This document shows, piece after piece, positions 1 through 9,866 of a stretch of DNA of 64,000 nt. The stretch lies in the NCBI GenBank assembly GCA_963804165.1, contig CAWDPO010000046.1, forward strand, positions 32,001-96,000. Reading direction: 5' to 3'. The position numbers were made by a program, and so were the translations under genes. This DNA comes from an uncultured delta proteobacterium (GTDB lineage: Bacteria; Desulfobacterota; Binatia; UBA9968). The notes below the pieces were generated by a model. The model made no database searches. It was not told the DNA's origin and saw only the letters and a list, made by a program, of their open reading frames with translations. Each line of letters opens with the position of its first letter. Within the stretch, counting starts at the first letter, position 1.

Positions 1-42
1 GGTGAGAATCCCACGGAGTAAATTCCCCCTTTGAAAAAGGGG

Positions 43-1469
43 TGTATAGACCGGAGACATAGGTAACAGGTGTACTGGAGACATGGGTAACACTTTTGAA
101 GTAGCCAAAGGCATAGTTCTCCCTGAATCGGAAAGGGGGAAGAGATTATGTCTTGGGGAGTGGTTAGCCTCATGTCTTTGCGCCAAGAATTTGTGGGATT
201 GGCGGAGGGAAAAGCGGTGAGTTTCACTCAACTGTGCCAGCGTTACGGCATTAGCCGAAAGACCGGCTACAAGTGGCTGGGTCGTTATCGCAAACAAGGA
301 GCGCAAGGTCTGGCCGATCATTCGCGCCGGCCCAAGAAAAGTCCCAACCAATTGCTCCAGGCCACAGAACAACCGCTTTTGAGATTGCGTGAGAGCTACC
401 CGAGCTGGGGAGCGCGCAAGATCCGGCGTCTTTTGAAAAATCAAGGTCAAACCCAGGTGCCGGCGTGTAGTACGATTACCGCTGTGTTTCATCGCCACGG
501 CCTGATCGACTCCAGCAGTCAAGCCGCCAAGCCTAACTGGCAACGCTTCGAGCGTGAGGTGCCCAATAGTCTTTGGCAGATGGATTTCAAAGGACCGCTG
601 CCCACCGTGCGCGGGCCGGCCCATGCGCTCACCGTCTTGGATGATCACTCGCGCTTTAGTTTGTGTCTTAAGGCTTTGCCTAACCAGAACCGAGAATGTG
701 TTCAACACGCGTTGACCGAAACCTTCCGCCGCTACGGGCTTCCCAACTCGATGCTCATGGACAATGGCCCGCCGTGGGGCAACGATCCGGTTTACATCTA
801 TACACGGCTTACGGTGTGGCTGCTTCGCTTGCGGATCTCGGTGAGTCATAGCCGACCGTACCATCCTCAGACCATGGGTAAAGACGAACGGTTTCACGGC
901 ACGCTTAGCCGCGAGCTTCTCGCTAAACGACAATGGCAAGACATCCCCGATCTCCAAGGAGCCTTTGACCCGTTCCGCCACCAGTACAATTTCATTCGTC
1001 CCCACGACTCTTTGGGACTGCAAGTGCCGGCCTCTCGCTATCAAATGAGTTTGCGCTCGTTTCCAGAGAGCTTGCCGCCCATCGAGTATGACCCGGGAGT
1101 CATGGTGCGCAGAGTGCAACAAAAAGGAGAGATCTCGTTTAAAGGGAGAACTTTGAAAGTGGGTCAAGCTTTCTCGGGTTATCCCGTCGGGCTTAAACCG
1201 ACCTCTACCGATGGACTCTTTGATGTGGTGTTCTGTCATCACACGATTGGCCAGATCAATCTGAAAGAGCTTGAGACTGCGGATCTCCGTTCTTGAATGA
1301 CGATGATGAAAAAACGGCCTTCACATTTGGCTTATAACCAACGATCGCGATCGGCTTGGACTCTGAGTATCCCTCTCCAAACCACCTCCGAGCCCAATCC
1401 GATCCACCACCATGAAAACTGTTACCTATGTCCCCGGTACGTTTGTTACCCTTGTCCCCAGTCCGTACA
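43..1469 (+). mobile_element. IS481-family insertion sequence, complete, with 6-bp target duplication AAGGGG
   Basis: Ends are TGT (43) and ACA (1469). Each end has two copies of a GG(A/G)GACA(T/A)(A/G)GGTAACA motif, inverted between the ends. AAGGGG is present at both 37-42 and 1470-1475. Single transposase ORF inside. Confidence 0.93.
148..1296 (+). CDS. IS481-family DDE transposase
   Basis: N-terminal HTH (CQRYGISRKTGYKW) and integrase core motifs WQMDFKG, MDNG, GKDERFH, YNFIRPH. Confidence 0.95.
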   Translation: MSWGVVSLMSLRQEFVGLAEGKAVSFTQLCQRYGISRKTGYKWLGRYRKQGAQGLADHSRRPKKSPNQLLQATEQPLLRLRESYPSWGARKIRRLLKNQGQTQVPACSTITAVFHRHGLIDSSSQAAKPNWQRFEREVPNSLWQMDFKGPLPTVRGPAHALTVLDDHSRFSLCLKALPNQNRECVQHALTETFRRYGLPNSMLMDNGPPWGNDPVYIYTRLTVWLLRLRISVSHSRPYHPQTMGKDERFHGTLSRELLAKRQWQDIPDLQGAFDPFRHQYNFIRPHDSLGLQVPASRYQMSLRSFPESLPPIEYDPGVMVRRVQQKGEISFKGRTLKVGQAFSGYPVGLKPTSTDGLFDVVFCHHTIGQINLKELETADLRS

Positions 1470-1840
1470 AAGGGGGACAAAGGGGGATTTGAGTTCGACT
1501 TCAGCTGCTGCCATTGTTTGGACTTTTTAGTCGAACTTCTGAGACGCCAGACTAGCAGACCGCCGACAAAGACTCATCCGTTTTATTGAATGCGGTTGCT
1601 GCGCTGCAGATTGGCCAGTAATAGGCATCGATTCGGTTTACCCGTCCTACATACTAACATAGGAAACCTGTTCGGGAGTCCTCGACTACGCCTGAACTTT
1701 GGCGAAGGATCGTACCTCCCACGAAAGTTCAACCGCCACATTGGCAAAACCCAGCGGTTTCCGAAAAGATTAGGCGGTGACATAAGATTCCCGCTCACGG
1801 GCCGATATAGATATTAGCTGGTTCAGTGCGGTCATTCCCA

Positions 1841-2611
1841 ATGTTTATATTTCTCTTCATACTTCTGTGCGGCATCGTTCTCCTCGCGTGGCTGATCGCC
1901 CATATTTTCGGCCGGTCTTCTAAAGCGAAGCCGCCTGCGCTCCTGCCGCAAGTCGGCATGACCGCTTTCCGGAGCGTTTCTCCACCGGCGCGAGGCGGTT
2001 CATATTTATTGCCGTATCGAAGACAGCGAAGAGTCGCGGTTGTTGGTCCGCGTGTTGTCGGAGTTGGGCAAGTCTTCGCTCTTGGGGATGCGCGCCGGCA
2101 CACCCGGCCAGCTGGAAGTAGGCAACAATTGGCTACCCATCGAAGTATTAAACGTGAGCTTGCCCTGGGTCGTCGTGGAGGCGTTTGCCGGCCGTGCCAA
2201 GCCGATGCATCGGGAGTCGCTCCGTGTGCCGGCATCTTTTTCAGTTCGGTTTCGCGCGCAAGGCTTAGTGCACCACTGGACGCCCGGCACGGGGATCAAC
2301 ATCAGCGCCGGCGGTTTTTGTTTCTCTTCCAATTATGCCTCCCAGCTTCGCGTCGGCCGCTATTATGAAATTGAACTGACTCCCAGTGATGCACCAGGTC
2401 AAGGTACAGAGGCTTTCGTATTTACGCCGAGATGCGCTGGCTAATGCGCACGACGGAGGGAACCGTGGCGGGGCTGCAATTGGCCGATCGGTCGAAGCAG
2501 AGAGACTTGGCGAGATTTGTCTCTTACATGGAACACCGACTGACCCGCCATCCCGAAGACTACCTCATGGAGACGAACCCCAAACCTAATTTCTCGGAAC
2601 ATCATCATTGA
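1841..2611 (+). CDS. Membrane-anchored PilZ-domain protein (two apparent frameshifts, near 2020 and 2420)
   Basis: N-terminal TM (MFIFLFILLCGIVLLAWLI). A second frame has RESLR and NISAGG, matching PilZ RxxxR and D/NxSxxG. A third frame continues AEMRWL...GLQL to TGA at 2609-2611. Confidence 0.65.
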
Positions 2612-2720
2612 CGGCGGTGCGCTGTCGTCAGTGCGTGTCTCTGAAGTGCGTTCAAAATCTGACGCCGACAGGTGACTAGTTCCTCCCTACAAAAGGGCAT
2701 TTAAGCTACCGCAACTCTAA

Positions 2721-2758
2721 AAATCCCTCCTAACCTCCCTTTGTCAAAGGGAGGAATT
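2721..2758. repeat. REP-like palindrome (CCTCCCTTTG-T-CAAAGGGAGG)
   Basis: Perfect hairpin at 2734-2754; resembles the CCCCCTTTGAAAAAGGGG palindrome at the IS481 target. Confidence 0.7.
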
Positions 2759-3092
2759 CCAGAACAGTCCAGCGTGAAAGAGTCGGCGAACTTCGGAGAC
2801 GTCAGACCAGTCGCATTCAAGAAAATCAATCTACCGCGGATCCGCAAATAGGTTTTCAGCCTCATGTGAGCGGCTGCGATAAATAGCAGCGGCGGCTCTT
2901 CGATGGAGCCATCGAACAGCGCTTCGATCCAGTCATGGCGGCGGCAAGCGAGGAACCTTCTGGGTTTATCTGCTGCTTCACGCGCAGCATGAACAGTGCG
3001 CAAATATCGGTTGAAAAATCTCCTCGTTCTTGACACAGTTGGCCCGTCTTACCGGGGCTCGTTCACGTCTCGCGTTAAGAAAGGAAATTATC

Positions 3093-4844
3093 ATGGCGGA
3101 GAAATCCACGAAAACCGTTCCCGTTTCCAGCGGCGCCGAGGCTTTTTTGGCGCAGATGAAAGCGCTTGGCTCGGTGCGCTACATGTTCGCCAACACGGGG
3201 ACCGATCACGGCCCTCTGATCGAGGCGATGGCGAGGATCGCGAAAGAAGATCCGCGCGATATTCAACCGATCGTTGTGCCACACGAGATGGCGGCGGTTT
3301 CGATGGCGCATGGTTATTACAACGTGACCCAAAAGCCGCAGATGGTTTTGGTGCATACTCTGCCGGGCACCGCCAACGCGCTTGGCGGCGTCATCAATGC
3401 GGCGTCGTGCAACGTGCCGCTATTTCTCGTTGCCGGCAGAACGCCGATCACCGAGGGCGAGCTGCGCGGCGGCAAGAGCCAAAACATTCACTGGCGCCAG
3501 GAGTCGCGCGATCAGGGTAACATCGTGCGCGAGTTCGTCAAGTGGGATTACGAAGTACGGACCAATCAAAATCTCGCCGCGGTGGTGTCGCGCGCCTACA
3601 AGATCAGTATGAGCGAGCCGCGCGGACCGGTTTACATGACGTTGCCGCGCGAGTGGCTGGCCGAAGCGATGGAGTCGACTCAGTTGTTGTCATCGGACTC
3701 GTTGTCGCCGGCGAGCAAAACGCAAGCGGACCAAGTGTCGCTGGAGAAAGCGGCGGAATGGTTGATCGCCGCGGACAGCCCGCTCATCGTGACCAAGTAC
3801 CTCGGGCGCAATCCCGAAGCGGTGCAGTATTTAGTCGAGCTTGCCGAGTTGCTGGCGATCCCCGTGGTGCAACAGCTGAGCTATGTCAACTTTCCGACCG
3901 ACCACCCGCTTAACCTCGGCACGCAAACGACGAAATACGCCCGCGACGCTGATCTGCTCTTCTTCATCGATACTGACGTGCCGTGGGAGCCGCCGAACCG
4001 AAACGTTCTACGCGACGGCGTGAAAATCATTCATCTGGAACGCGACCCGATGTTCACCGGGATACCGGGTTGGGGTTTTCCGGCGGATCTGCCGATCACA
4101 GGCTGCTCGGAAGTCTCCCTGCCGGTTTTGACATCGATTATCAAAGCAAAGCTCGCCGCGGGCACCGTGACTACCGGCAAAATCGACGAGCGGCGCAAGA
4201 AAACAACGGCAGAGCATGATGCGATGATCCGCGAGATGGAAGCGAGCGTCGAAGCGGTCAAAAACCAAAAGCCGATCAATGCCATGTGGCTCTCCAAGTG
4301 CATCGGCGACGTGATGGACGACAAGACGATCATCGCCAATGAATCCGTAACTTCAAGGTTGGCGGAAGCGATTCATCTAAACCGTCCGGGCTCGCTATTC
4401 GGCACGCCGCTCGCCGGTCATCTCGGCTGGGGACTCGGCGCTGCCATAGGCATGAAACTGGGCGCGCCCGATGCCACGGTGATCGCCGCCGAGGGAGACG
4501 GTTCTTATATGTTCAGCGCGCCGACGGCGTGTCATTTCACGGCGCAGAAATATCAGATCCCGTTTCTGACGGTCATCTACAATAACCAGGTTTGGAACGC
4601 GAGCATGAACGCGGCGCGCGGTTTGTATCCGGACGGCGCGGCGGCGCGAACGCGCAATTTTCCGGCAACCGACCTGAGTCCGTCGCCGAATTTCGAGTTG
4701 ACGGCGCAAGCTTGCGGCGCCTACGCGGCGCGAGTCGAAGAGCCCGGTGAAGTTGCCGACGCGCTGGCAGAGGCGTTGAAGGTCGTAAAAGAAGAGCGCC
4801 GCCAAGCGCTGCTGAACGTCGTTTGCAAAAATCCGCTGGCGTGA
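3093..4844 (+). CDS. Thiamine-diphosphate-dependent enzyme (acetolactate synthase/decarboxylase-like)
   Basis: Catalytic Glu motif PHEMAAVSMAHG, PRGPVY, ThDP motif GDGSYMF...YNN; RBS AAGGA before ATG 3093. Confidence 0.92.
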   Translation: MAEKSTKTVPVSSGAEAFLAQMKALGSVRYMFANTGTDHGPLIEAMARIAKEDPRDIQPIVVPHEMAAVSMAHGYYNVTQKPQMVLVHTLPGTANALGGVINAASCNVPLFLVAGRTPITEGELRGGKSQNIHWRQESRDQGNIVREFVKWDYEVRTNQNLAAVVSRAYKISMSEPRGPVYMTLPREWLAEAMESTQLLSSDSLSPASKTQADQVSLEKAAEWLIAADSPLIVTKYLGRNPEAVQYLVELAELLAIPVVQQLSYVNFPTDHPLNLGTQTTKYARDADLLFFIDTDVPWEPPNRNVLRDGVKIIHLERDPMFTGIPGWGFPADLPITGCSEVSLPVLTSIIKAKLAAGTVTTGKIDERRKKTTAEHDAMIREMEASVEAVKNQKPINAMWLSKCIGDVMDDKTIIANESVTSRLAEAIHLNRPGSLFGTPLAGHLGWGLGAAIGMKLGAPDATVIAAEGDGSYMFSAPTACHFTAQKYQIPFLTVIYNNQVWNASMNAARGLYPDGAAARTRNFPATDLSPSPNFELTAQACGAYAARVEEPGEVADALAEALKVVKEERRQALLNVVCKNPLA

Positions 4845-4848
4845 GAAG

Positions 4849-4892
4849 GATTGGGGTGATGGAGTGATGGAGTGTTGGAGTGTTGGGTTGGG
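4849..4892. repeat. Degenerate 8-bp tandem repeat (TGGAGTGA/TGGAGTGT) after a stop codon
   Basis: ttggggtgatggagtgatggagtgttggagtgttggg; same family as 9789-9866 and 63069-63141. Confidence 0.75.
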
Positions 4893-4985
4893 AAGGAAGC
4901 TCGGATTTTGCGCAGAGAACGCAAAGAACGCGAAGGTGCGGAAACAATATTGCTGCGTAATTGATTGAAGTTTTCCGAGCGAGCG

Positions 4986-5990
4986 ATGCGCAAATCAAAA
5001 CTGAACGTAATCGCAATCGTGCTTGTCGCTGTGTTCGGTCAGACCCGCAGTCATGGCGCGGACAAACTCATCGGTCTTCACTCTGCGCCTGCGGTTTCAC
5101 AATCGCTGCCTTGGATCGCCCGCGAGGCGGGTGTTTTCAAAAAATACAATCTCGACTTCGACCTCGTCTATATTCAGGCAGCGGCAGCCGCTGCCGCAGC
5201 TTTAATCGGCGGGGACGCGGAAATCGGCCTCACCGGCGGGATAGGTATCGTACGCGCCTACCTTCAGGGGATTCAGGATTTTGTTTTTGTCGGCGCCAAC
5301 AAAAACGTTCTAACGCACAGCATCGTGGCGCGCCCGGAGATCAAGCGGCCGCAGGACCTCAAGGGAAAACGGCTCGGCGTGTTTCGGTTCGGCAGCAACA
5401 ATCATTACTTTGCGCTACAGGCGCTGCCGCGCTACGGACTCGATCCCAGCCGCGACGTCATTCTCCGGCAGACCACCGGAGGCGTGGGTGACGTGGCCGC
5501 ATTGGCGAACGGCTCGTTGGATGCTTCGGTCATGTTGACCTATGGCGAAAGCGCGGTGGCGCAAGGATTTCACTATCTGATTTACGGCCCCGATGTCCGG
5601 GTGCCTTATGCCGCAGCGGTCTTCGTCACCCGCCAAGCGGTTTTAAAGCGCCGCCCGCAGGTCATCGCTCAGTTCATGCGCGCCATGGCCGAAGCGGCAA
5701 AAATATTCCACACCGATCGCGGATACACTTACAAGGTGCTGGCAAAATATTTGCGCGTCGATGACCCGAAAATCGTAGAGGCGGTGTACAGGTACGAAGT
5801 CAAGGCGTTGGAACCGCGGTTGGACATCAAAGCCGAGGCGATTCAGGCAATTCTCGACGAGGTCTCAGCGAGCGATCCGCGCGCGAAAAACGTCAGTGCG
5901 CAGCAGATGATCGATCGTCATTATCTGAATGAAATGGACAAGAGTGGTTTTTATGAGAGTTTGTGGGGGAAAGTGAAGGATAAAGGATGA
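4986..5990 (+). CDS. ABC-type solute-binding protein, NMT1/THI5/SsuA-like
   Basis: Signal peptide; PWIAREAGVFKKYNL; IKRPQDLKGKRLGV. Confidence 0.9.
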   Translation: MRKSKLNVIAIVLVAVFGQTRSHGADKLIGLHSAPAVSQSLPWIAREAGVFKKYNLDFDLVYIQAAAAAAAALIGGDAEIGLTGGIGIVRAYLQGIQDFVFVGANKNVLTHSIVARPEIKRPQDLKGKRLGVFRFGSNNHYFALQALPRYGLDPSRDVILRQTTGGVGDVAALANGSLDASVMLTYGESAVAQGFHYLIYGPDVRVPYAAAVFVTRQAVLKRRPQVIAQFMRAMAEAAKIFHTDRGYTYKVLAKYLRVDDPKIVEAVYRYEVKALEPRLDIKAEAIQAILDEVSASDPRAKNVSAQQMIDRHYLNEMDKSGFYESLWGKVKDKG

Positions 5991-6073
5991 AGGCGGAAGG
6001 ATGAATTTCATTTCTCGGATTGATCTTTATCCTTCATCCTTTCGCCCTATCCTTTCCGAAAGGAGATCTAGAG

Positions 6074-7855
6074 ATGGCCGAAGCTGTTTCTCACGACGCG
6101 CGGTGGGGCGAATATGCCGCGGAAGAGTGGTCCGACGCGATGGTGCAGTCGATGAAGCTTGGCGGCATCGATCACTTGTTTTTTGTGTCCGGTTCGGAAA
6201 TCGCTTTTTGGCAGGAGAGCATTGCCAACGCGAACGAAAGAAATTGGCCGGCACCGAAGCTCGTCACCGTGCCGCATGAGAGTGTAGCGCTCAACGCGGC
6301 ACTGGGCAGCGCGATGATTCGCAACCAGCCGGCCGCCACCGCCGTTCATGTCGACGTCGGCACATTGAATTACGGCGGCGCGGTGCACACGGCGTGGCGC
6401 GGTAACTATCCCGTGTTGATCACCGCCGGCACCGGACCGCGCGCCTATGCGGGATCGATGGCCGGCGCGCGCAACAGCGCCGTGCAATGGGTGCAAGAGC
6501 CGCGCGATCAGGGCGCGATCTTGCGCCAGTACACCAAAGTCGATCATCGCCTGGAGCATCAGGATAACCCGGGATTTATGATCAGTCGTTTGCTGCAGGT
6601 GGCGATGAGCGAGCCCAAGGGGCCGGTGTATCTCACGGTGCCGCGCGAAAGCGCGATGCTCAAGTTTCCCGGCAAAACTTATTTTCCGACGCGCGACGAG
6701 TTGGGAATCGCGCGTCCGGCATGGCCCGGTCCGGCGGACGCAAAGCGCGCCGCGCAGTGGCTGATTGAAGCGCGCAATCCGGTGATTTACTGCGGCACCG
6801 CAGGACGCAATCCCGAAGCGATGGCGGAAATTTTGCGCCTCGCCGAATTGCTCGCATTGCCGGTGATGGATTCGGACCGCATCGACCGATTGAACTTTCC
6901 GAACGATCACGATTTGTACGGCACCGGTCCGGAAGTCAAGGACTCCGACGCGATTCTCATGCTCGAAGCGCTTGTGCCCTACATCGCGCCGAGCGCAGCG
7001 CCCAAGCCGGGGAGCAAAGTCATTTGGGCGGAGGCCGATCCGGTGATGTCCGCTTACAAGACCATGGATTTTCAAGCCGATCTCTGGCTGCCGGTGACAG
7101 CGGCGGCGGCGGCGCGGGCGATTCACGACGCGGCCACGGCGCTCTTGTCCAAGAGTGATATGAGCCGGGTCGCGGAACGGCGCGAACGATCAGCGGCGCG
7201 CAAACACGAGCTCATGCAGGAAAATGAAAGACAGGCGCAGGAAGCGGGGCGGCGCAATCCGATGCACCCGCGCTGGGTCGCTTATCAGTTGGGTAAAATT
7301 CTCGAACCTGAGACGATTTTGCTCGACGACGCGCTGAGCAATTCCGATTACGTCTGTTCGCATCATGGCCGGACGCGCGCAGGCACTTACTTCGGCAGCG
7401 GCGGCTCGTCCGGCGGTTGGGGCGCCGGCGCGGCGCTGGGGGCGAAGTTTGCGGCACCCGATCGCGACGTGGTGCTCGCCACCGGCGACGGCTATTTCAT
7501 GTTCGGCACGCCCATGCCCGCTCTGTGGACCGCGTCGCACTATAAAGCGCCGTTTTTGACTTTGGTCTTCGTCAATCGCTCGTACACGACCGGCACGAAC
7601 GGATTGGTTCGCACCTATCCGAAAGGCGTGGCGGTGCGAAACCAGAATTTCGAAGGCGGCGTTTTCGATCCGCCGCCGGATTTCGCCAAGCTCGCCGAGT
7701 CCGCCAACGGCTACGGCGAAACCGTGCGCGAGCCCAGCGAAGTCGCCGCCGCGCTCAAACGCGGCCTCGATCACGTGCATAAGGGAACGCCGGCGCTGAT
7801 CGCGGCGTATTTGCCGACGTTGGTCGATGAGATGAAATTAAGACAGGGGATGTAA
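6074..7855 (+). CDS. Second ThDP-dependent enzyme (acetolactate synthase-like family)
   Basis: VPHESVA, EPKGPVYL, GDGYFMF...VN; RBS AGGAG. Confidence 0.92.
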   Translation: MAEAVSHDARWGEYAAEEWSDAMVQSMKLGGIDHLFFVSGSEIAFWQESIANANERNWPAPKLVTVPHESVALNAALGSAMIRNQPAATAVHVDVGTLNYGGAVHTAWRGNYPVLITAGTGPRAYAGSMAGARNSAVQWVQEPRDQGAILRQYTKVDHRLEHQDNPGFMISRLLQVAMSEPKGPVYLTVPRESAMLKFPGKTYFPTRDELGIARPAWPGPADAKRAAQWLIEARNPVIYCGTAGRNPEAMAEILRLAELLALPVMDSDRIDRLNFPNDHDLYGTGPEVKDSDAILMLEALVPYIAPSAAPKPGSKVIWAEADPVMSAYKTMDFQADLWLPVTAAAAARAIHDAATALLSKSDMSRVAERRERSAARKHELMQENERQAQEAGRRNPMHPRWVAYQLGKILEPETILLDDALSNSDYVCSHHGRTRAGTYFGSGGSSGGWGAGAALGAKFAAPDRDVVLATGDGYFMFGTPMPALWTASHYKAPFLTLVFVNRSYTTGTNGLVRTYPKGVAVRNQNFEGGVFDPPPDFAKLAESANGYGETVREPSEVAAALKRGLDHVHKGTPALIAAYLPTLVDEMKLRQGM

Positions 7856-7864
7856 CGGTAAAAA

Positions 7865-7918
7865 TGTTCAAGGTTCAATCGTTCAAAGTTCAACGTGATT
7901 CAAAACGTTCAAGTCGTT
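7865..7918. repeat. Degenerate GTTCAA-based tandem repeat
   Basis: tgttcaaggttcaatcgttcaaagttcaacgtgattcaaaacgttcaag; related arrays at 16990-17045 and 53437-53545. Confidence 0.75.
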
Positions 7919-7984
7919 GGGCGGAGTTGACAGCGGTGCCCGTAACGATACACGTGACGGAAAGAATTCGCGGACGAGGAAAAT

Positions 7985-8695
7985 ATGCAGCAGCGTCGTG
8001 AACAGGTTGTTGTCGATAACAATGCGATGAACTTGGTGGTCAGCCAGCCGGATGGCAATGCATCGATCCCTGCGGTCGTCGTGATTCAGCATCAGTACGG
8101 GGTGGATAAGTTCATGGAGGAGATGACCGAGCGTTTCGCGCGCGATGGATTTTTCGCCGTATGCCCGGATCTGTATCATCGTGACGGGCCGGACTGTAAG
8201 GACGATGGGCCGACGCGGCGCGGGCGGGCGCGCGACCTGAACATCATCAAAGACGTCAATGCGACGGTTGCCTACTTGAAGTCGAACAAGATAGTCGACA
8301 GCCGGCGAGTCGCGATTCTCGGCTTTTGCATGGGCGGTCGCGTGGCTTATTTGATGGCGGCGGCGAGCACGGACTTCAAGGCAGCGATCACGTGGTACGG
8401 CGGCAGTTGTTTCCGGCAGTGGGGCGACGGACCGACGCCGTTCGAACGGACCGCGCAGATCAGTTGTCCGATCCAAGGCCACTTCGGCGAGACGGACCAG
8501 AATCCGACGCTCGAAGATATGGCGAAGCTCGACGCCGAATTGACCAAGCATGGCAAAGCCCACGATTTTTACGTTTACAAAGACACCGGGCACTCATTTA
8601 TGGATCCGCATCATCCGGACAAGTATGTGGCGCAGTCCGATCGTGACTCGTGGGCACGGGCGATCGAGTTTTTGAAAAAGCATTTGGCGGTTTAA
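7985..8695 (+). CDS. Dienelactone hydrolase family protein
   Basis: Nucleophile motif GFCMGG, CPDLY, GHFGETD, TGHSF. Confidence 0.92.
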   Translation: MQQRREQVVVDNNAMNLVVSQPDGNASIPAVVVIQHQYGVDKFMEEMTERFARDGFFAVCPDLYHRDGPDCKDDGPTRRGRARDLNIIKDVNATVAYLKSNKIVDSRRVAILGFCMGGRVAYLMAAASTDFKAAITWYGGSCFRQWGDGPTPFERTAQISCPIQGHFGETDQNPTLEDMAKLDAELTKHGKAHDFYVYKDTGHSFMDPHHPDKYVAQSDRDSWARAIEFLKKHLAV

Positions 8696-8702
8696 TCGAA
8701 TC

Positions 8703-8760
8703 GTAAGGGCGACCCTGCGTGGTCGCCCGTCCGAGGGCAGACACATAGGTCTGCCCCTAC
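8703..8760. repeat. GTAG-type REP doublet
   Basis: GTAAGGGCGACC...GGTCGCCC followed by the inverted unit GGGCAGAC...GTCTGCCCCTAC. Confidence 0.8.
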
Positions 8761-8790
8761 AAATTTATACGGCATGTGGAGGAAATAATC

Positions 8791-9780
8791 ATGGCGGATA
8801 AACCCAAAATCACCTTCAGCACCAATCCCAACCCGCGCAATCGCGCGCTGATCGACGGACTGATTCCGCTCGACGGTTACGATCTCGAATATGTCGGTGA
8901 CAAGTACTCGGCAGGCGAGATTCATTACCGCTTCGTTCAGGGCGAATTCGATCTCGCCGAGATGTCGACGGCAACATTGATGCGCGCCAAGGAAAAGGGC
9001 AAACGCTTCTTAGCGTTGCCGGTATTCTTCCAGCGCGGGCCGCGCCAGAGGAATATTTTTTATTGCGAAGGCAAGCTCAAACATCCGAGCGAGCTCAAAG
9101 GCAAGCAAATCGGTGCTTTTCGCTACGGCGCGACGGCGGTATCTTGGGCGCGCGGATATCTTTTGGATGAGCATGGGATCAAGACGACGGACGTCGGTTG
9201 GTTCGTGTCCGGCAAAGAAGTTTTTATCGGTAACGAACTGCCGGTGAAAGTCGAACGCCTCGATCCCCCGCCGCCGTTCGGACAAGAGAAGCCACATCTC
9301 GCCAAACTTGTCGGCGACGGCACGCTCGGCGCCGCGCTCGTCGCTGGTGATTCCGGTTACCCGGGTTTATTCGGCGGCGGCGTGCTGCCGGAAGTCATGG
9401 GTCAAGTATCGGGTGTCAAGCCGCTGTTCGAGGATACTGAAGAAATCATCGGCTATGTGAAACGGACGCAGATCTATCCAATCATCCACATCATGACGAT
9501 CAAAGAAGAAACCGTGGAACGGTATCCCGATCTCGCGGCCAAGCTGATCGAAGCTTTCCGTGAGGCGAACCGGCTCGCGGCGAAATATTTCAAGAACGGT
9601 GACACGGCAGGTTACGCCAAGGAGCGAGACGTCCTCGGCTACGATCCCTACGCCTGCGTCCTCACCGAGGCCGATAAAAAGAGCATCCAGGCATTGAACC
9701 GCTATCAAATCGAACAAGGATTGGTGAAGCAAGAGCTGCCGTTGGAAAGCTTGTTCGTGAAGGAAGCGTTCCGGATGTGA
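8791..9780 (+). CDS. 4,5-dihydroxyphthalate decarboxylase-like, PBP-fold protein without signal peptide
   Basis: RALIDG, FDLAEMS, LPVFFQR, ATAVSWARG, IYPIIH, DPY...LNRYQIEQGL motifs typical of this family. Confidence 0.75.
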   Translation: MADKPKITFSTNPNPRNRALIDGLIPLDGYDLEYVGDKYSAGEIHYRFVQGEFDLAEMSTATLMRAKEKGKRFLALPVFFQRGPRQRNIFYCEGKLKHPSELKGKQIGAFRYGATAVSWARGYLLDEHGIKTTDVGWFVSGKEVFIGNELPVKVERLDPPPPFGQEKPHLAKLVGDGTLGAALVAGDSGYPGLFGGGVLPEVMGQVSGVKPLFEDTEEIIGYVKRTQIYPIIHIMTIKEETVERYPDLAAKLIEAFREANRLAAKYFKNGDTAGYAKERDVLGYDPYACVLTEADKKSIQALNRYQIEQGLVKQELPLESLFVKEAFRM

Positions 9781-9788
9781 AGCAAGAA

Positions 9789-9866
9789 TTGGAGTGCTGG
9801 AGTAATGGAGTGGTGGAGTGATGGGGAATTCCGAAACCCAATACTCCAGCTCTCCATTACTCCAAC
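9789..9866. repeat. Inverted pair of 8-bp tandem arrays, (TGGAGTRN)n ... (NYACTCCA)n
   Basis: tggagtgctggagtaatggagtggtggagtgatgg ... ccaatactccagctctccattactcca, directly after a stop codon. Confidence 0.8.

Noticed and set aside
1560-1830. c-di-GMP riboswitch upstream of the PilZ gene (GGCAAAAC...GAAA)
   Set aside because: No paired stem around GAAA and no GACGCAAAG-type junction; an Rfam search would be needed to exclude it fully.
2701-3036. 111-aa minus-strand ORF
   Set aside because: It runs into a REP palindrome, has no clear RBS or motif, and is at most a gene remnant.
6068-7126. Long antisense ORFs (also 15918-17066, 38020-39183, 46632-47600, 59554-60570)
   Set aside because: Shadows of GC-rich genes on the opposite strand, with no recognisable motifs.
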